From an uncultured Verrucomicrobiota bacterium (GTDB lineage: Bacteria; Verrucomicrobiota; Verrucomicrobiia; Limisphaerales; CAIMTB01), in assembly GCA_964476125.1 (NCBI GenBank), contig CAYZAE010000007.1, positions 10,290 through 74,289 of the forward strand: a DNA stretch of 64,000 nucleotides. The letters are read 5' to 3'. The notes under the pieces were generated by a model. That model was not told the DNA's origin. It did not search any database and worked only from the letters and a program-made list of their open reading frames with translations. The position numbers and the translations under genes were made by a program. Shown here piece after piece: positions 47,999-57,954 of this stretch (its first letter is position 1; the number at the start of each line of letters is the position of its first letter).

Positions 47999-48382
47999 AT
48001 GATCCAGGCACTCTTCAACCAAACGAACTACGTCGGGGCGAAGAAACTGATGGAGGCCACGATGCTCCGTCACGAGGCCATCGCGAGCAACATCGCGAAC
48101 CTGGAACGTCCCAAGTATCAGCGGATCGACCTGGCACCCTCCTTTCAGCAGGAGCTGGGGCGGGCGCTGGGCAGCCGGGATGCGGGGCAGATTGCGCGCG
48201 TGGAGCCCAAACTGATGGTGGATCCCGAGGCGGTGGCGGCGAACAAGGACGGGAACAACGTCCGCCTGGAGACGGAGCTCGCCGCCTTGAGCCAGAACTA
48301 CCTCGAACATGCGGTCGAAAGTCAGCTCGTCACCGGAAACCTCCTCAAACTTCGCCTGGCCATCACCGGCCGCGCGGCCTGA
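47999..48382 (+). CDS. flgB: Flagellar proximal rod protein FlgB
   Basis: ATG at 47999. RHEAIASNIANLERPKYQRIDL...NNVRLETELAALSQN. Confidence 0.9.
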   Translation: MIQALFNQTNYVGAKKLMEATMLRHEAIASNIANLERPKYQRIDLAPSFQQELGRALGSRDAGQIARVEPKLMVDPEAVAANKDGNNVRLETELAALSQNYLEHAVESQLVTGNLLKLRLAITGRAA

Positions 48383-48387
48383 ATCCC

Positions 48388-48822
48388 ATGACCAACCTCG
48401 TTCCTGGAATCCAAAGCACCACCGCCGCCCTGAACGCGGAGCGGACGCGGCTCGATATCATCGCCCAGAACATCGGCAACGCCCACACGACGCGGGGAAT
48501 CGATGGCAAACCCTACCAGCGGCAGCAGGTGGTCTTCGAGGCGGTGCTCAACGAGGCCCAGGGGGCCGGACGGAATGGGGTGGCAACCTCGGGGCCCAAG
48601 GTGAGCCAGATCATCAAGGACACCCGGCCCATGCGCACCATCTTCGAGCCCACCCACCCGCACGCCGATCCTGCGACCGGCATGCTCTCGCTGCCCAACG
48701 TGGATATCTTCGAGGAAATGGCGGACCTGATCGCCGCCGGGCGGACCTTCGAAGCCAACATCGCGGTCATGAAGACCGGAAAGCAGATGACCATGCAGTC
48801 CCTTGGCATCGGGCGCCGCTGA
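48388..48822 (+). CDS. flgC: Flagellar proximal rod protein FlgC
   Basis: ATG at 48388. ALNAERTRLDIIAQNIGNAHTTR...PNVDIFEEMADLIAAGRTFEANIAV. Confidence 0.92.
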   Translation: MTNLVPGIQSTTAALNAERTRLDIIAQNIGNAHTTRGIDGKPYQRQQVVFEAVLNEAQGAGRNGVATSGPKVSQIIKDTRPMRTIFEPTHPHADPATGMLSLPNVDIFEEMADLIAAGRTFEANIAVMKTGKQMTMQSLGIGRR

Positions 48823-48851
48823 ACTTCTGAACGATCCCCCGCGCGCTCATC

Positions 48852-49238
48852 ATGAACACCCTCGGCTCCATCGGCGGACTTTCCAACCTGGCGAACCAGA
48901 CCTTCGTTCCACGGATGGTGCCGGGACCCGGTTCCATCCGGCCGACGGAATTGCAGGACCTGGCGCGCACCGCGGCGGCCCAGCCGTCGGCTCCGGGCCA
49001 GAGCGGATCGGCCTCGGATGGGTCCTTCTCGGGGCTGCTGGGGAAGATGGTTTCCGAGGTCAACGCCAAGCAGGCGGCTGCGGGTCAGGCGGTGGCCGAT
49101 CTCCAGGCGGGGAAGCCGGTCACGCTTCACCAGGCGATGATTTCCATGGAGGAAGCCAGCATTTCGTTCCAGCTGATGGCGGAGGTTCGGAACCGCCTTC
49201 TCGAGTCGTACCAGGAACTGATGCGAATGCAGGTCTGA
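48852..49238 (+). CDS. fliE: Flagellar hook-basal body protein FliE
   Basis: 128 aa. LHQAMISMEEASISFQLMAEVRNRLLESYQELMRMQV. Confidence 0.88.
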   Translation: MNTLGSIGGLSNLANQTFVPRMVPGPGSIRPTELQDLARTAAAQPSAPGQSGSASDGSFSGLLGKMVSEVNAKQAAAGQAVADLQAGKPVTLHQAMISMEEASISFQLMAEVRNRLLESYQELMRMQV

Positions 49239-49250
49239 GGTCGTGTCATC

Positions 49251-50936
49251 ATGAACGAGAATCTCGCCAAGGTCGGGCAGCAACTGCTGGGAATCTGGAA
49301 GCAGCTCGGGGTCAATCAGCGGGTCCAGATCGGCGTCGCCACCCTCGCGCTTCTGATCGGAACGATCGGGGTCGCCATCTGGTCCGGGCGGTCCGCCGAA
49401 GGTCTCCTCTACTCCCGGCTTTCCGACGCCGAGGCGGCCAAGGTGGTCCAGGCCCTGGACGAGGCCAAGATCCCCTACACGGTCGGTCGGGGAGGCTCCA
49501 TCTACGTGCCTGCCGACAAGGTCACCACCACCCAGGTCCAGCTCGCCGGCCGGGGAATCGCCCGCGGCGACACCGTCGGCTTCGAGATCTTCGACAAACC
49601 CAACTTCGGCATCTCCGACTTCATCCAGCGCGCCAACTACCTGCGCGCCCTCCAGGGGGAACTGGCCCGGACCATTGCCCAGCTCGACGACGTCGACAAG
49701 GCGGTGGTCAATCTCGTTCTTCCGGAGAACCGGCTGCTCGCCGACAAGGACCGCCATCCGACCGCCTCGGTGCTGGTCCGGCTCCGCGGCAACCTGCCGC
49801 TTTCCCCTTCGACGGTGAACTCCATCCGGTCGCTGGTTGCCAACGCGGTGGAGGGGCTCAAGCCCAACTTCGTCACGGTGGTGGACAACAAGGGGCATTC
49901 GCACGGGGAGACGGCCGACGAGGATTCCGTGGCTGGAGCCACGGCAAACCAGCTGGCGATGCGACGGGAGCTGGAGGCTTATTTGTCGAAGAAGGCGGAA
50001 GGAATGCTTGAGACCGTGCTGGGGCCGGGCCAGGCCGTGGTGCGGGTTTCCGCGGACATCAATTTCGAGACTGTTTCGCGCATCGAGGAGAAGTTCGATC
50101 CCGAGGGTCAGGTGATCCGGAGCCAGACGCGCAACGATGAGAACATGGATAGCACGACGGCCGACACCGCGGCCGCGGTGGGGGTGACGGCGAACACGCC
50201 CTCGGCCTCGAACGCTGCGGGTGGAGCCCCGGCTCCTGCGGCGGCTCCGGCCGCGGCTCCCAACTCCACCAAGAACCGGAAGGTGCTGGGAACCACGGAG
50301 TACGAGATCGGACGGACGACCAGCAACACCTATCAGGCGGCCGGCGGCATCAAGCGTATCTCGAGCGCGGTGACCGTCGCGGCGCGCATGGAGGGAACCG
50401 GAGCGGATCGCAAGGCGGTGCCGCGGACGCCCGAGGAACTCGAGAAGCTCCGTCGGGTGGTCCAGAACGCCCTGGGCTACGACACCACCCGGGGCGACCA
50501 GGTGATTGTGGAGGAACTGACCTTCGACCGTGAGTTCGTCACGGAGCTGAACAAGCGTTTCGACAATCAGGAAAAGCGTGATTTCTGGTGGGGCGTGGGT
50601 CGCTCGGCGCTCTATCCGGGCGTCGCCCTGGTGATCCTCATGGTGCTCCTCCGTCTGGTGAAGCGCACCAAGGTCGAGGAGTTCAGCTTCGGCATTCCCG
50701 TGGGACAATTTCCGTCGTCGGGCCCTGGCGGCGGCGGATCCGGCGGGGCCCTGAGCGCGAGCGGCGGCACCGGCGGCGGCGCGGGCAAGGGCCAGGTCGG
50801 GCAGGGCTCCGATTGGTTCGGCGAACCCCGCGTCGTGACCGTCGAGGTGCTCAACCAGCTAGTCCGTGAAAATCCCACCAACATGACCGGTGCCATCCGC
50901 GCCTGGCTGAATCGTGGAAGCCCTCCCCCGAAATAA
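49251..50936 (+). CDS. fliF: Flagellar MS-ring protein FliF
   Basis: 561 aa. GRGIARGDTVGFEIFDK...YLRALQGELARTI...LVLPE and a C-terminal TM. Confidence 0.93.
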   Translation: MNENLAKVGQQLLGIWKQLGVNQRVQIGVATLALLIGTIGVAIWSGRSAEGLLYSRLSDAEAAKVVQALDEAKIPYTVGRGGSIYVPADKVTTTQVQLAGRGIARGDTVGFEIFDKPNFGISDFIQRANYLRALQGELARTIAQLDDVDKAVVNLVLPENRLLADKDRHPTASVLVRLRGNLPLSPSTVNSIRSLVANAVEGLKPNFVTVVDNKGHSHGETADEDSVAGATANQLAMRRELEAYLSKKAEGMLETVLGPGQAVVRVSADINFETVSRIEEKFDPEGQVIRSQTRNDENMDSTTADTAAAVGVTANTPSASNAAGGAPAPAAAPAAAPNSTKNRKVLGTTEYEIGRTTSNTYQAAGGIKRISSAVTVAARMEGTGADRKAVPRTPEELEKLRRVVQNALGYDTTRGDQVIVEELTFDREFVTELNKRFDNQEKRDFWWGVGRSALYPGVALVILMVLLRLVKRTKVEEFSFGIPVGQFPSSGPGGGGSGGALSASGGTGGGAGKGQVGQGSDWFGEPRVVTVEVLNQLVRENPTNMTGAIRAWLNRGSPPPK

Positions 50937-50942
50937 GGATGT

Positions 50943-52004
50943 ATGTCGGATGCAGTGACCAACGGACAGGAAACCGCGAGCACGGGGAACTCGGAGATCT
51001 CGAGTCTCACCAAGATCCAGAAGCTGGCCACGCTCCTGGTGATGATGGGAAGCGAAGGGGCTGCCGCGGTTCTCAAGACCTTCGACCGCGAGGAGGTCGA
51101 GTTGATCACCGCCGAGATGACGAAGCTCACGTTGATCAGCCAGGAACTTCAGCGCGACATCCTCGTGGAGTTCTCCGAGGTCGCCATCGAAGCCGGCACC
51201 TCCCTCACCGGAGGGGTTGATTTCACCCGCACCTCCCTGGAAAAGGCCCTCGGCGTCTCGCGGGCCACCGACATTCTCAACCGCATCGCCCCCACCCGGT
51301 CCTCCCCGGCGGCTCTCCAGGGCGTGGCGGATCTCGAACCGCGCCAGGTCTACAACCTTCTCCGGCACGAACAGGCCCAGACCGTCGCCCTCGTCCTCAG
51401 CTTCATCCCTCCCGACAAGGCCTCCCTCGTCCTCGCCCTGATCCCGGCCGACCAGCGCGAAAAGGTCCTCGAACGCCTGGCCAGCCTCTCCCCCACCCCC
51501 TCCGAGGTCGCCGAAAAAGTCATCGGCGTGCTCAACGCCAAACTCGGCGTCCGTCCCACACGCGCCATGAACCAGACCGGCGGCGTCAAAACCGCGGCCG
51601 ACGTTCTGAACTGCATGGACAAGACCACGAGCAAGGCGCTCCTGATGTCGCTGGAGGAACGCAATCCCGAACTCTGCGCCTCGATCCGTCAGAAAATGTT
51701 CACCTTCGAGGATCTGGCCGCGATGGAAACGCCCGTCCTCCAGCGGATTCTCCGCGAAGTCGACATGCGCGATCTCGCCCTCTCGCTCAAGACCGCCAGC
51801 GACAAGCTCAAGAACGCCATGCTCACCTGCGTTTCCAAACGCGCCGCCGAAACCGTCCAGGAGGAAATCCAGTTCATGGGCCCGGTCCGCCTCCGCGACA
51901 TCGAGGCGGCCCAGCTGCGGGTCATCGATGTGGTCCGGAAGCTGGAGAGCGAGGGCGACATCGAGATCGACCGGTCGCGCTCGGAGAAAGCCAATGTTGC
52001 CTAA
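50943..52004 (+). CDS. fliG: Flagellar motor switch protein FliG
   Basis: 353 aa. LEERNPELCASIRQKMFTFEDL...MRDLALSLK...EEIQFMGPVRLRDIEAAQ. Confidence 0.95.
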   Translation: MSDAVTNGQETASTGNSEISSLTKIQKLATLLVMMGSEGAAAVLKTFDREEVELITAEMTKLTLISQELQRDILVEFSEVAIEAGTSLTGGVDFTRTSLEKALGVSRATDILNRIAPTRSSPAALQGVADLEPRQVYNLLRHEQAQTVALVLSFIPPDKASLVLALIPADQREKVLERLASLSPTPSEVAEKVIGVLNAKLGVRPTRAMNQTGGVKTAADVLNCMDKTTSKALLMSLEERNPELCASIRQKMFTFEDLAAMETPVLQRILREVDMRDLALSLKTASDKLKNAMLTCVSKRAAETVQEEIQFMGPVRLRDIEAAQLRVIDVVRKLESEGDIEIDRSRSEKANVA

Positions 52005-52587
52005 GTCCATCCGGTTTTCCGAACCCCTCCGCTCCGTCACCCTGAGCCGCCGCCCCGCCGCCTTCTCCCCCGAGGAACTGGAGGCCCACCGGCGCCGCGA
52101 GGAACAGGCCTACGAACGCGGCCTCATCGACGGCGAACGCCGCCTGGGCGAGCAGTTGATGCAGCAACGTACTGAGCTCCAGCATCTCCACGCCGGTATT
52201 CTCGCCTCCCTCGGCAACGCCGTCTCCCAGGTCGTGCGCGACACCGAAACCTCCCTCATCGACCTCGCCTTCGAGATCGCCTGCAAACTGGTCGACGACC
52301 TCCCCATCAAACGTGAATTGATCGAGAAAAGCATCCAGGCCGCCCTCGCCAAGGTCAGCGAAGCCACCCAGATCAGCATCCATCTCCATCCCGAGGACCT
52401 CGAACTGCTCCAGAAAAACACCTCCGAGACCCCTCCTGAACCCGCCGGCTCCCGCTCGATCCGATTCGTGGCCGATGCCGAGGTCGGACGCGGCGGCAGC
52501 CTGGTCCGCACCGAATTCGGCGTCATCGACGCACGCCGCGAGACCCGCAAGAAACGCGCCAAAAAGGCCGTCGCCGCTCCCAAGTGA
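51994..52587 (+). CDS. fliH: Flagellar export apparatus protein FliH
   Basis: ATG at 51994 (11-nt overlap with fliG). Position between fliG and fliI, with an E/R-rich coiled N-terminus. Confidence 0.78.
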   Translation: MLPKSIRFSEPLRSVTLSRRPAAFSPEELEAHRRREEQAYERGLIDGERRLGEQLMQQRTELQHLHAGILASLGNAVSQVVRDTETSLIDLAFEIACKLVDDLPIKRELIEKSIQAALAKVSEATQISIHLHPEDLELLQKNTSETPPEPAGSRSIRFVADAEVGRGGSLVRTEFGVIDARRETRKKRAKKAVAAPK

Positions 52588-53960
52588 ATGCCGCCCCTCT
52601 TTCCGACGGGTCCCGAATCCGTGGCGCCATCGAACGGGTGCGCGCCCTGCCCGGTTTCGAGGCCCGCGGGCGCGTCGCCCAGCTGATCGGGCTGGTGGTC
52701 GAGTCCGAGGGACCCGTGGCCGCCGTCGGCGAAGTCTGCCGGATCCAGTCCCTCCGCCACGACGAATCGACACTCGCCGAGGTGGTCGGCTTCCGGAATC
52801 ACCACCTGCTCCTCATGCCCCTCGGCGAGGTGCACGGCATCCACCCAGGGAGCGAAGTCATCGCCACCGGCTCCCCCCTCATCGTCCCCGTCGGCGAAGC
52901 CCTCAAGGGCCGCGTCATCGACGGACTCGGCCGGCCGCTCGACGAGAAGGGGCCGATTCAGGGCACCGACCACGTCCAGCTGAACCTCTCGCCGCCTCAT
53001 CCGCTCCGTCGCCAGCGGATCCGGAATGTGTTCCGCACCGGAATCAAGGCGCTCGACACCTTCGTGCCCTGCGGTCGCGGACAACGTCTCGGCATCTTCG
53101 CCGGCAGCGGCGTCGGCAAGTCGACCCTGCTCGGCATGATGGCCAGCCAGGCTGAGGCGGATGTGAACGTGATCGCCCTGATCGGGGAACGCGGCCGCGA
53201 GGTTCGCGAGTTTCTCGAAAAGGACCTCGACGAGGCGGGCCGCCGCAAGTCGGTGACCATCGTGGCCACCTCGAACGAGTCCGCGCTGGCCCGGTTGAAG
53301 GGGGCGTTTCTTGCCCTGTCGGTGGCCGAGTATTTCCGGGACCGGGGGCAGAATGTGCTCCTGATGATGGATTCCGTGACGCGCTTCGCCATGGCCCAGC
53401 GCGAGATCGGCCTGGCTGTCGGCGAACCGCCCGCCACCCGCGGCTACACGCCGTCCGTGTTCTCGCTCCTCCCCCAGCTTCTCGAGCGGGCCGGAACCGG
53501 CGAACGCGGCTCCATCACCGGGTTGTTCACCGTGCTCGTCGAGGCCGACGACATGAACGACCCCATCGCCGATGCCGTCCGGTCGATTCTCGATGGGCAC
53601 ATCGTGCTCACCCGGGAACTGGCCACCCAAAACCATTATCCGGCCATCGACGTGCTTGAGAGCGTCAGCCGGCTGACTCGGGATCTGCTTACGCCCGAAC
53701 AGCTTGAGCTGACCGCGCGCGCGCGGGAGCATCTCGCCACCTATCGGAAGAACCAGGACTTGATCAACATCGGCGCCTACCCGCCGGGCAGCAGCGCCCC
53801 GATCGATCTGGCCATCCGGCTGCACGAACCCCTTCGCACCTTCCTCCGCCAGCCGGTGGGGCAGGGCGCCCCCACAGCCCAGAGCTGGACCGGCCTGGCC
53901 GCCGCGTTGTCGGGACCTCCAGCCCAGGCGGTTCCACGCGCCGTCCGCCCCAAATCCTAA
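52584..53960 (+). CDS. fliI: Flagellum-specific ATPase FliI
   Basis: 458 aa. Walker A GSGVGKSTLLGMM, Walker B LLMMDSVTRFA, ...AIDVLESVSR. Confidence 0.95.
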   Translation: MNAAPLSDGSRIRGAIERVRALPGFEARGRVAQLIGLVVESEGPVAAVGEVCRIQSLRHDESTLAEVVGFRNHHLLLMPLGEVHGIHPGSEVIATGSPLIVPVGEALKGRVIDGLGRPLDEKGPIQGTDHVQLNLSPPHPLRRQRIRNVFRTGIKALDTFVPCGRGQRLGIFAGSGVGKSTLLGMMASQAEADVNVIALIGERGREVREFLEKDLDEAGRRKSVTIVATSNESALARLKGAFLALSVAEYFRDRGQNVLLMMDSVTRFAMAQREIGLAVGEPPATRGYTPSVFSLLPQLLERAGTGERGSITGLFTVLVEADDMNDPIADAVRSILDGHIVLTRELATQNHYPAIDVLESVSRLTRDLLTPEQLELTARAREHLATYRKNQDLINIGAYPPGSSAPIDLAIRLHEPLRTFLRQPVGQGAPTAQSWTGLAAALSGPPAQAVPRAVRPKS

Positions 53961-53963
53961 GCC

Positions 53964-54440
53964 ATGAAACCCTTCCGATTTCCCCTGGAGGCCATCCTGA
54001 CCCTCCGCGAGGAGGTGGAGCAGGAGGCCCAACGCGCCGTCGCCCGCGCCCTCCAGGCGGTGCGTTTGGTGCAGGCGGACCTCACCGCGCTCGCTGCCGA
54101 GGCGGATCGGATGGCGGTGGAAATGAAATCCCGGCTGAACGAGGGAATGACGGCCGCCGATCTCGAGCGCTACGGGAACTACCGGACCTTGCTGGCCGAG
54201 CGCCGGAAGCGTCGTGAGCAGGATCTCGCCATGGCCGAAGCTTCCGTGCGCGAAGCCCGTCAGCGGTTGCTCAAGTCCACCCAGGATCGACAGGCCCTGG
54301 AGAACTACCGGGCCAAGCTCCGGACACGCTTCGACTACCGGCAATCCTGTGAGGAACGAAAACTGCTAGATGATCTCGCGGGCCGTCCGTCCGCACTCGG
54401 AGTCGGCCGGAAAACCAACCCGGCCTCCTCCACACCCTAA
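53964..54440 (+). CDS. fliJ: Flagellar export protein FliJ
   Basis: 158 aa. FRFPLEAILTLREEVEQEAQ coiled coil, located after fliI. Confidence 0.8.
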   Translation: MKPFRFPLEAILTLREEVEQEAQRAVARALQAVRLVQADLTALAAEADRMAVEMKSRLNEGMTAADLERYGNYRTLLAERRKRREQDLAMAEASVREARQRLLKSTQDRQALENYRAKLRTRFDYRQSCEERKLLDDLAGRPSALGVGRKTNPASSTP

Positions 54441-55162
54441 TGCGCATCCTTCAATCGCCCTGGGTCGCTGCCGCTTTGGGAGCCCTGGTCTACCTGCTCA
54501 CCACAGTCATGATGCTCCGTCCGGAGCGTCTTCTCGCCAACCGCCCCGCGACCCCAGCCACGGCCGAAGCCCACTCGGAACCCGAAGTTCCGGGCCCGTC
54601 CTGGGTCTACAAAAACCCCGAGGTCGATCAGCTCGTCTCCGAACTGAAAACCGAACGCGAAGCCGTGAAGGCCCGGGAAAAGGAACTCCAGGATCTTGCC
54701 ACCCGGCTCGCCGTCGAACGTCAGGAAATCGGCACCATCACCCAGCGCGTCGCCGTGATTCAGGCCGAAATCGAACGCTCCATGCTCCGCATCAAGGATG
54801 ACGAGGCCGTCAACCTCAAGCGCCTCGCCAAAGTCTACGTCAGCATGTCCCCCGAGGCCGCCGCCAAAATCATGGCCGAGTTCCAGGACGACGTCGCAGT
54901 CAAGGTCTTCTCCCTGATGAAGGAATCCGAAACCGCTCCCATCCTCGAAATCATCTCCAAATCCGGGGAGGCCGCCGTCCGCCGGGTAGCCCTCATCTCC
55001 GACCGACTCCGGCTCATGGGCTCGTCCAACCCTCCGCCCACCAGCGTCACAGGCCCGGCTCCCACCCCGACGCCCACGCCCGCCCCGACTCCTGCTCCTG
55101 CTGCCGCTGCTGCTCCCGCCGCCGCCCCCGCCTCCACTCCCCCCCAATCCGCCACCCCATGA
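54440..55162 (+). CDS. MotE/YlxF/FlbB-like flagellar protein (MgtE-N-like domain) with N-terminal TM and Pro/Ala/Thr tail
   Basis: 240 aa. LAKVYVSMSPEAAAKIMAEFQDDVAVKVFSLMKESETAPILE. Occupies the same position as ylxF in the Bacillus fla operon. Confidence 0.65.
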   Translation: MRILQSPWVAAALGALVYLLTTVMMLRPERLLANRPATPATAEAHSEPEVPGPSWVYKNPEVDQLVSELKTEREAVKAREKELQDLATRLAVERQEIGTITQRVAVIQAEIERSMLRIKDDEAVNLKRLAKVYVSMSPEAAAKIMAEFQDDVAVKVFSLMKESETAPILEIISKSGEAAVRRVALISDRLRLMGSSNPPPTSVTGPAPTPTPTPAPTPAPAAAAAPAAAPASTPPQSATP

Positions 55163-56655
55163 ACCTGCCCAACGCCGTCGCTCCGGAACGCTCTCGGGTT
55201 TCGGCGGCGAACGGACCGGTCCGCCGGGGCGCGGATTCCGGGGCTGTTTCCAGCTCGGACCCTCTCGCCGACCCCTTTTCCGCGCTGCTCGCCGAGGTCT
55301 TTCGTAAGTCGGATATTCTCAGCAAGTTATCCACGCCCTCCGAACCAGGATCGGGCTCTGAATCGAAGGAGGAACCCGGTCGAACAACCCGCCGGTCCCA
55401 CCGCGATTGCCCAGTCGACGACCCCCCTTCCTCCGCAGCCGCAGGCTTCTGCCCTTCGCCCGCATTCAACCCGGTCCCCGACGCCGTCCTGCCCCCCCCG
55501 CAGCCGGAGCCAGACCGGGAGGGTGCCCAGGGGAACGACCTGCTTCCAGGCGGGCCCGCCCAGCCGACCGCGGAGGCCGTTTCCGCCCGGGGGGACGGCT
55601 GGGGCGCCGACGTTTCCGCCCCCTCGGGGACCTGGTTTGGGGAGACGCCCGGACCGGAGGTTTCGCAGGCCTCTGCGGAGGCCCCTTTAGCACCTTCGCA
55701 GGCCATGGGCTCCGGCCAAATTCCGGAGGCGCTTCCGGGGGCCGCTGCAGGGGTTTCTGCCGAGGTCGAGGAGGGGGCTTCGGAGGCGGAATCTTCCCCT
55801 GGCTGCGAACGGGGCGGCGACTCTTCACGGGGGACGGATTCCTCGCTGGAATCCTTTGCCGTCAAAGGGGTTGGTGCCGGGGAGTCGGGGGAATCCGGGG
55901 CCTCGGTAGACTCCGGAGAATCGGGTGGGGCGGGGGAGGAGGGCTCTGGCACGTCCGGTGCTGAGAAGGAAAGTGCCATGCTGGCCGAGACAATGATGGA
56001 CAAAACTTCCGAGGCGGGTGGGCAGGAATTGCCCTCCGATTCCGGGTTTTCCATCACGGCCCAACTGCCGGAGTCGGGCTCTGCCCGGGAATCGCAGGGT
56101 CGTTCGGAGGCTCCGGAGCCGGCCATGGCCACCGTCACCCCCGGCTGGGCGCCGGATGCCGGCCGGGATCGGGAGATGCGGTCGGAAGTCTCCGCCCCGG
56201 CGGATCCGGGACACGCGGAGCGGGTGGAGCGCCTGGCCGGGCTGGCCGAGTCCGCCCTGGTCCAGTTTCGTCGGATGGACGGCGGCGAGTATCAGGTGTC
56301 GATCCGCCCCGACGACGCGACCGAGATCCGGCTGAGTGTTTGGTTGGGCGAGAGTGGGCCCGAGGTGCGGGCCGAGCTGCGTCGTGGGGATGCCGCAGCC
56401 TTCGCCGCCCAGTGGCCCGACCTGCAGGCACGTCTTTCCCAGCAGGGAATCCGTCTGGTGCCGGGTGACGCCGGCCTTGCGACGCCGATGGGCTCGGGCA
56501 ACGGACCCCATCCGGGGCCGGGCCGCGAGCGGCGTCAGGAGTCGGTTTCGAACCCTTTGGAAGCCCGACGGATGTCGTCGGGCGCACGCGATCTCAATGT
56601 CCGTCCCACGCCCGGCCGATTCACTGGCGGGCAGGGATGGGAAACCTGGGCCTGA
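55159..56655 (+). CDS. fliK: Flagellar hook-length control protein FliK
   Basis: 498 aa. Long low-complexity Ser/Gly/Glu/Pro region, then a C-terminal Flg_hook-like domain (IRLSVWLGESGPEVRAELR...LQARLSQQGIRL). Confidence 0.75.
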   Translation: MNLPNAVAPERSRVSAANGPVRRGADSGAVSSSDPLADPFSALLAEVFRKSDILSKLSTPSEPGSGSESKEEPGRTTRRSHRDCPVDDPPSSAAAGFCPSPAFNPVPDAVLPPPQPEPDREGAQGNDLLPGGPAQPTAEAVSARGDGWGADVSAPSGTWFGETPGPEVSQASAEAPLAPSQAMGSGQIPEALPGAAAGVSAEVEEGASEAESSPGCERGGDSSRGTDSSLESFAVKGVGAGESGESGASVDSGESGGAGEEGSGTSGAEKESAMLAETMMDKTSEAGGQELPSDSGFSITAQLPESGSARESQGRSEAPEPAMATVTPGWAPDAGRDREMRSEVSAPADPGHAERVERLAGLAESALVQFRRMDGGEYQVSIRPDDATEIRLSVWLGESGPEVRAELRRGDAAAFAAQWPDLQARLSQQGIRLVPGDAGLATPMGSGNGPHPGPGRERRQESVSNPLEARRMSSGARDLNVRPTPGRFTGGQGWETWA

Positions 56656-56659
56656 ATCT

Positions 56660-57097
56660 ATGTCGACCACCGCCGTATCCTCCGTCTCCTCGATCAAGAC
56701 GAACACCGATGAAGCCGCCGTCCGGCTGCCTTCGAAAACGCTGGGGCAGGATGACTTCCTGCAGCTGCTCGTGGCGCAGTTGAGCGCGCAGGATCCGCTC
56801 AATCCGCAGAAGGACACCGAGTTCATCGCGCAGATGGCCCAGTTCAGTTCGCTGGAGCAGACCCGGGCGATGCAGTCGGACATCGCGGGGTTGCGGCTGG
56901 AGCAGCAGGTCCAGCAGGCCACCGGGCTGATCGGCAAGACAGTCACCTTGCGGGACGAGACGGGTGCGGTCACCACCGGCAAGGTTTCGGGCATCAACCT
57001 CGAACAGCCCGGCAAGGCGTTGATCGTGGTGGATGGCCAGCCGTACTCCATGGACCAGCTTGTCGGCGTCGCCTCCGGCAGCCGGCTGCTCAACTGA
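56660..57097 (+). CDS. flgD: Flagellar hook capping/assembly protein FlgD
   Basis: ATG at 56660. LGQDDFLQLLVAQLSAQDPLNPQKDTEFIAQMAQFSSLEQ. Confidence 0.92.
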   Translation: MSTTAVSSVSSIKTNTDEAAVRLPSKTLGQDDFLQLLVAQLSAQDPLNPQKDTEFIAQMAQFSSLEQTRAMQSDIAGLRLEQQVQQATGLIGKTVTLRDETGAVTTGKVSGINLEQPGKALIVVDGQPYSMDQLVGVASGSRLLN

Positions 57098-57118
57098 ATT
57101 CAACCCGGATCAATCAAC

Positions 57119-57946
57119 ATGCTCACTTCCCTCAACACCGCCGTCAGCGGTCTCCAACAGTTCCAGCACCGGATCGATGTCATCGGCAACAACATCGCGA
57201 ACGTGAACACCGTGGCGTTCAAGAACGCCCGGACCACTTCCGCCGACGCCTTCAGCAACACCCTGCGGGATGCCGTCGGTTCCGGCATCCAGGTCGGCAC
57301 GGGCGTCGCCACCAGCGATGTCAGCTCCGTGTTCACCCAAGGGGATCCGACCTACACCGGAAAACTCACCGACCTGGCGGTTTCGGGCGAGGGCTTCTTC
57401 ACGGTGCGCGATCCGGTTTCCGGCGCGGTCTTCGCCACCCGCGACGGGACGTTTCATTTCGACCCCGAGGGTTACCTCGTGACCGCCCAGAAATTCCGGG
57501 TCCAGGGGTTTTCCGACGCGGCTCTGGCGCAGCGGGGCGACCTCAAGATGGATCTCACCGGCGCCCCGGCCGGCACCCTGCCCGAGGCCCAGATCACGTC
57601 CTTCCGGATCGACGGCCAGGGAAAACTGAGACTCAACCTGGATTCGGGGGAGACCTTCGTGCGCGGACAGGTCCTGCTCCAGAATTTCAACTCGCCGCAG
57701 GCGCTCTCCAAGCAGGGCAACAACCTCTACGCGAACCTGGCGGCCGCCGGGCCGCTCAGCCAGACCGGCGCCCCCGGCACCGGCAATCTCGGCGACATCG
57801 AGGCGGAACATCTCGAGTCGTCCAATGTGGATCTCGCGGGCGAATTCTCGAGCCTCATCGCCGCCCAACGCGGCTTCCAGGCCAATTCGAGAATCGTGAC
57901 CACGAGCGATGAAGTGCTGCAGGAAGTCATCAACCTGAAACGCTGA
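57119..57946 (+). CDS. flgE: Flagellar hook protein FlgE (short form)
   Basis: 275 aa. SLNTAVSGLQQFQHRIDVIGNNIANVNTVAFK...LESSNVDLAGEFSSLIAAQRGFQANSRIV. Follows flgD. Confidence 0.85.
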   Translation: MLTSLNTAVSGLQQFQHRIDVIGNNIANVNTVAFKNARTTSADAFSNTLRDAVGSGIQVGTGVATSDVSSVFTQGDPTYTGKLTDLAVSGEGFFTVRDPVSGAVFATRDGTFHFDPEGYLVTAQKFRVQGFSDAALAQRGDLKMDLTGAPAGTLPEAQITSFRIDGQGKLRLNLDSGETFVRGQVLLQNFNSPQALSKQGNNLYANLAAAGPLSQTGAPGTGNLGDIEAEHLESSNVDLAGEFSSLIAAQRGFQANSRIVTTSDEVLQEVINLKR

Positions 57947-57954
57947 TCCCCACC

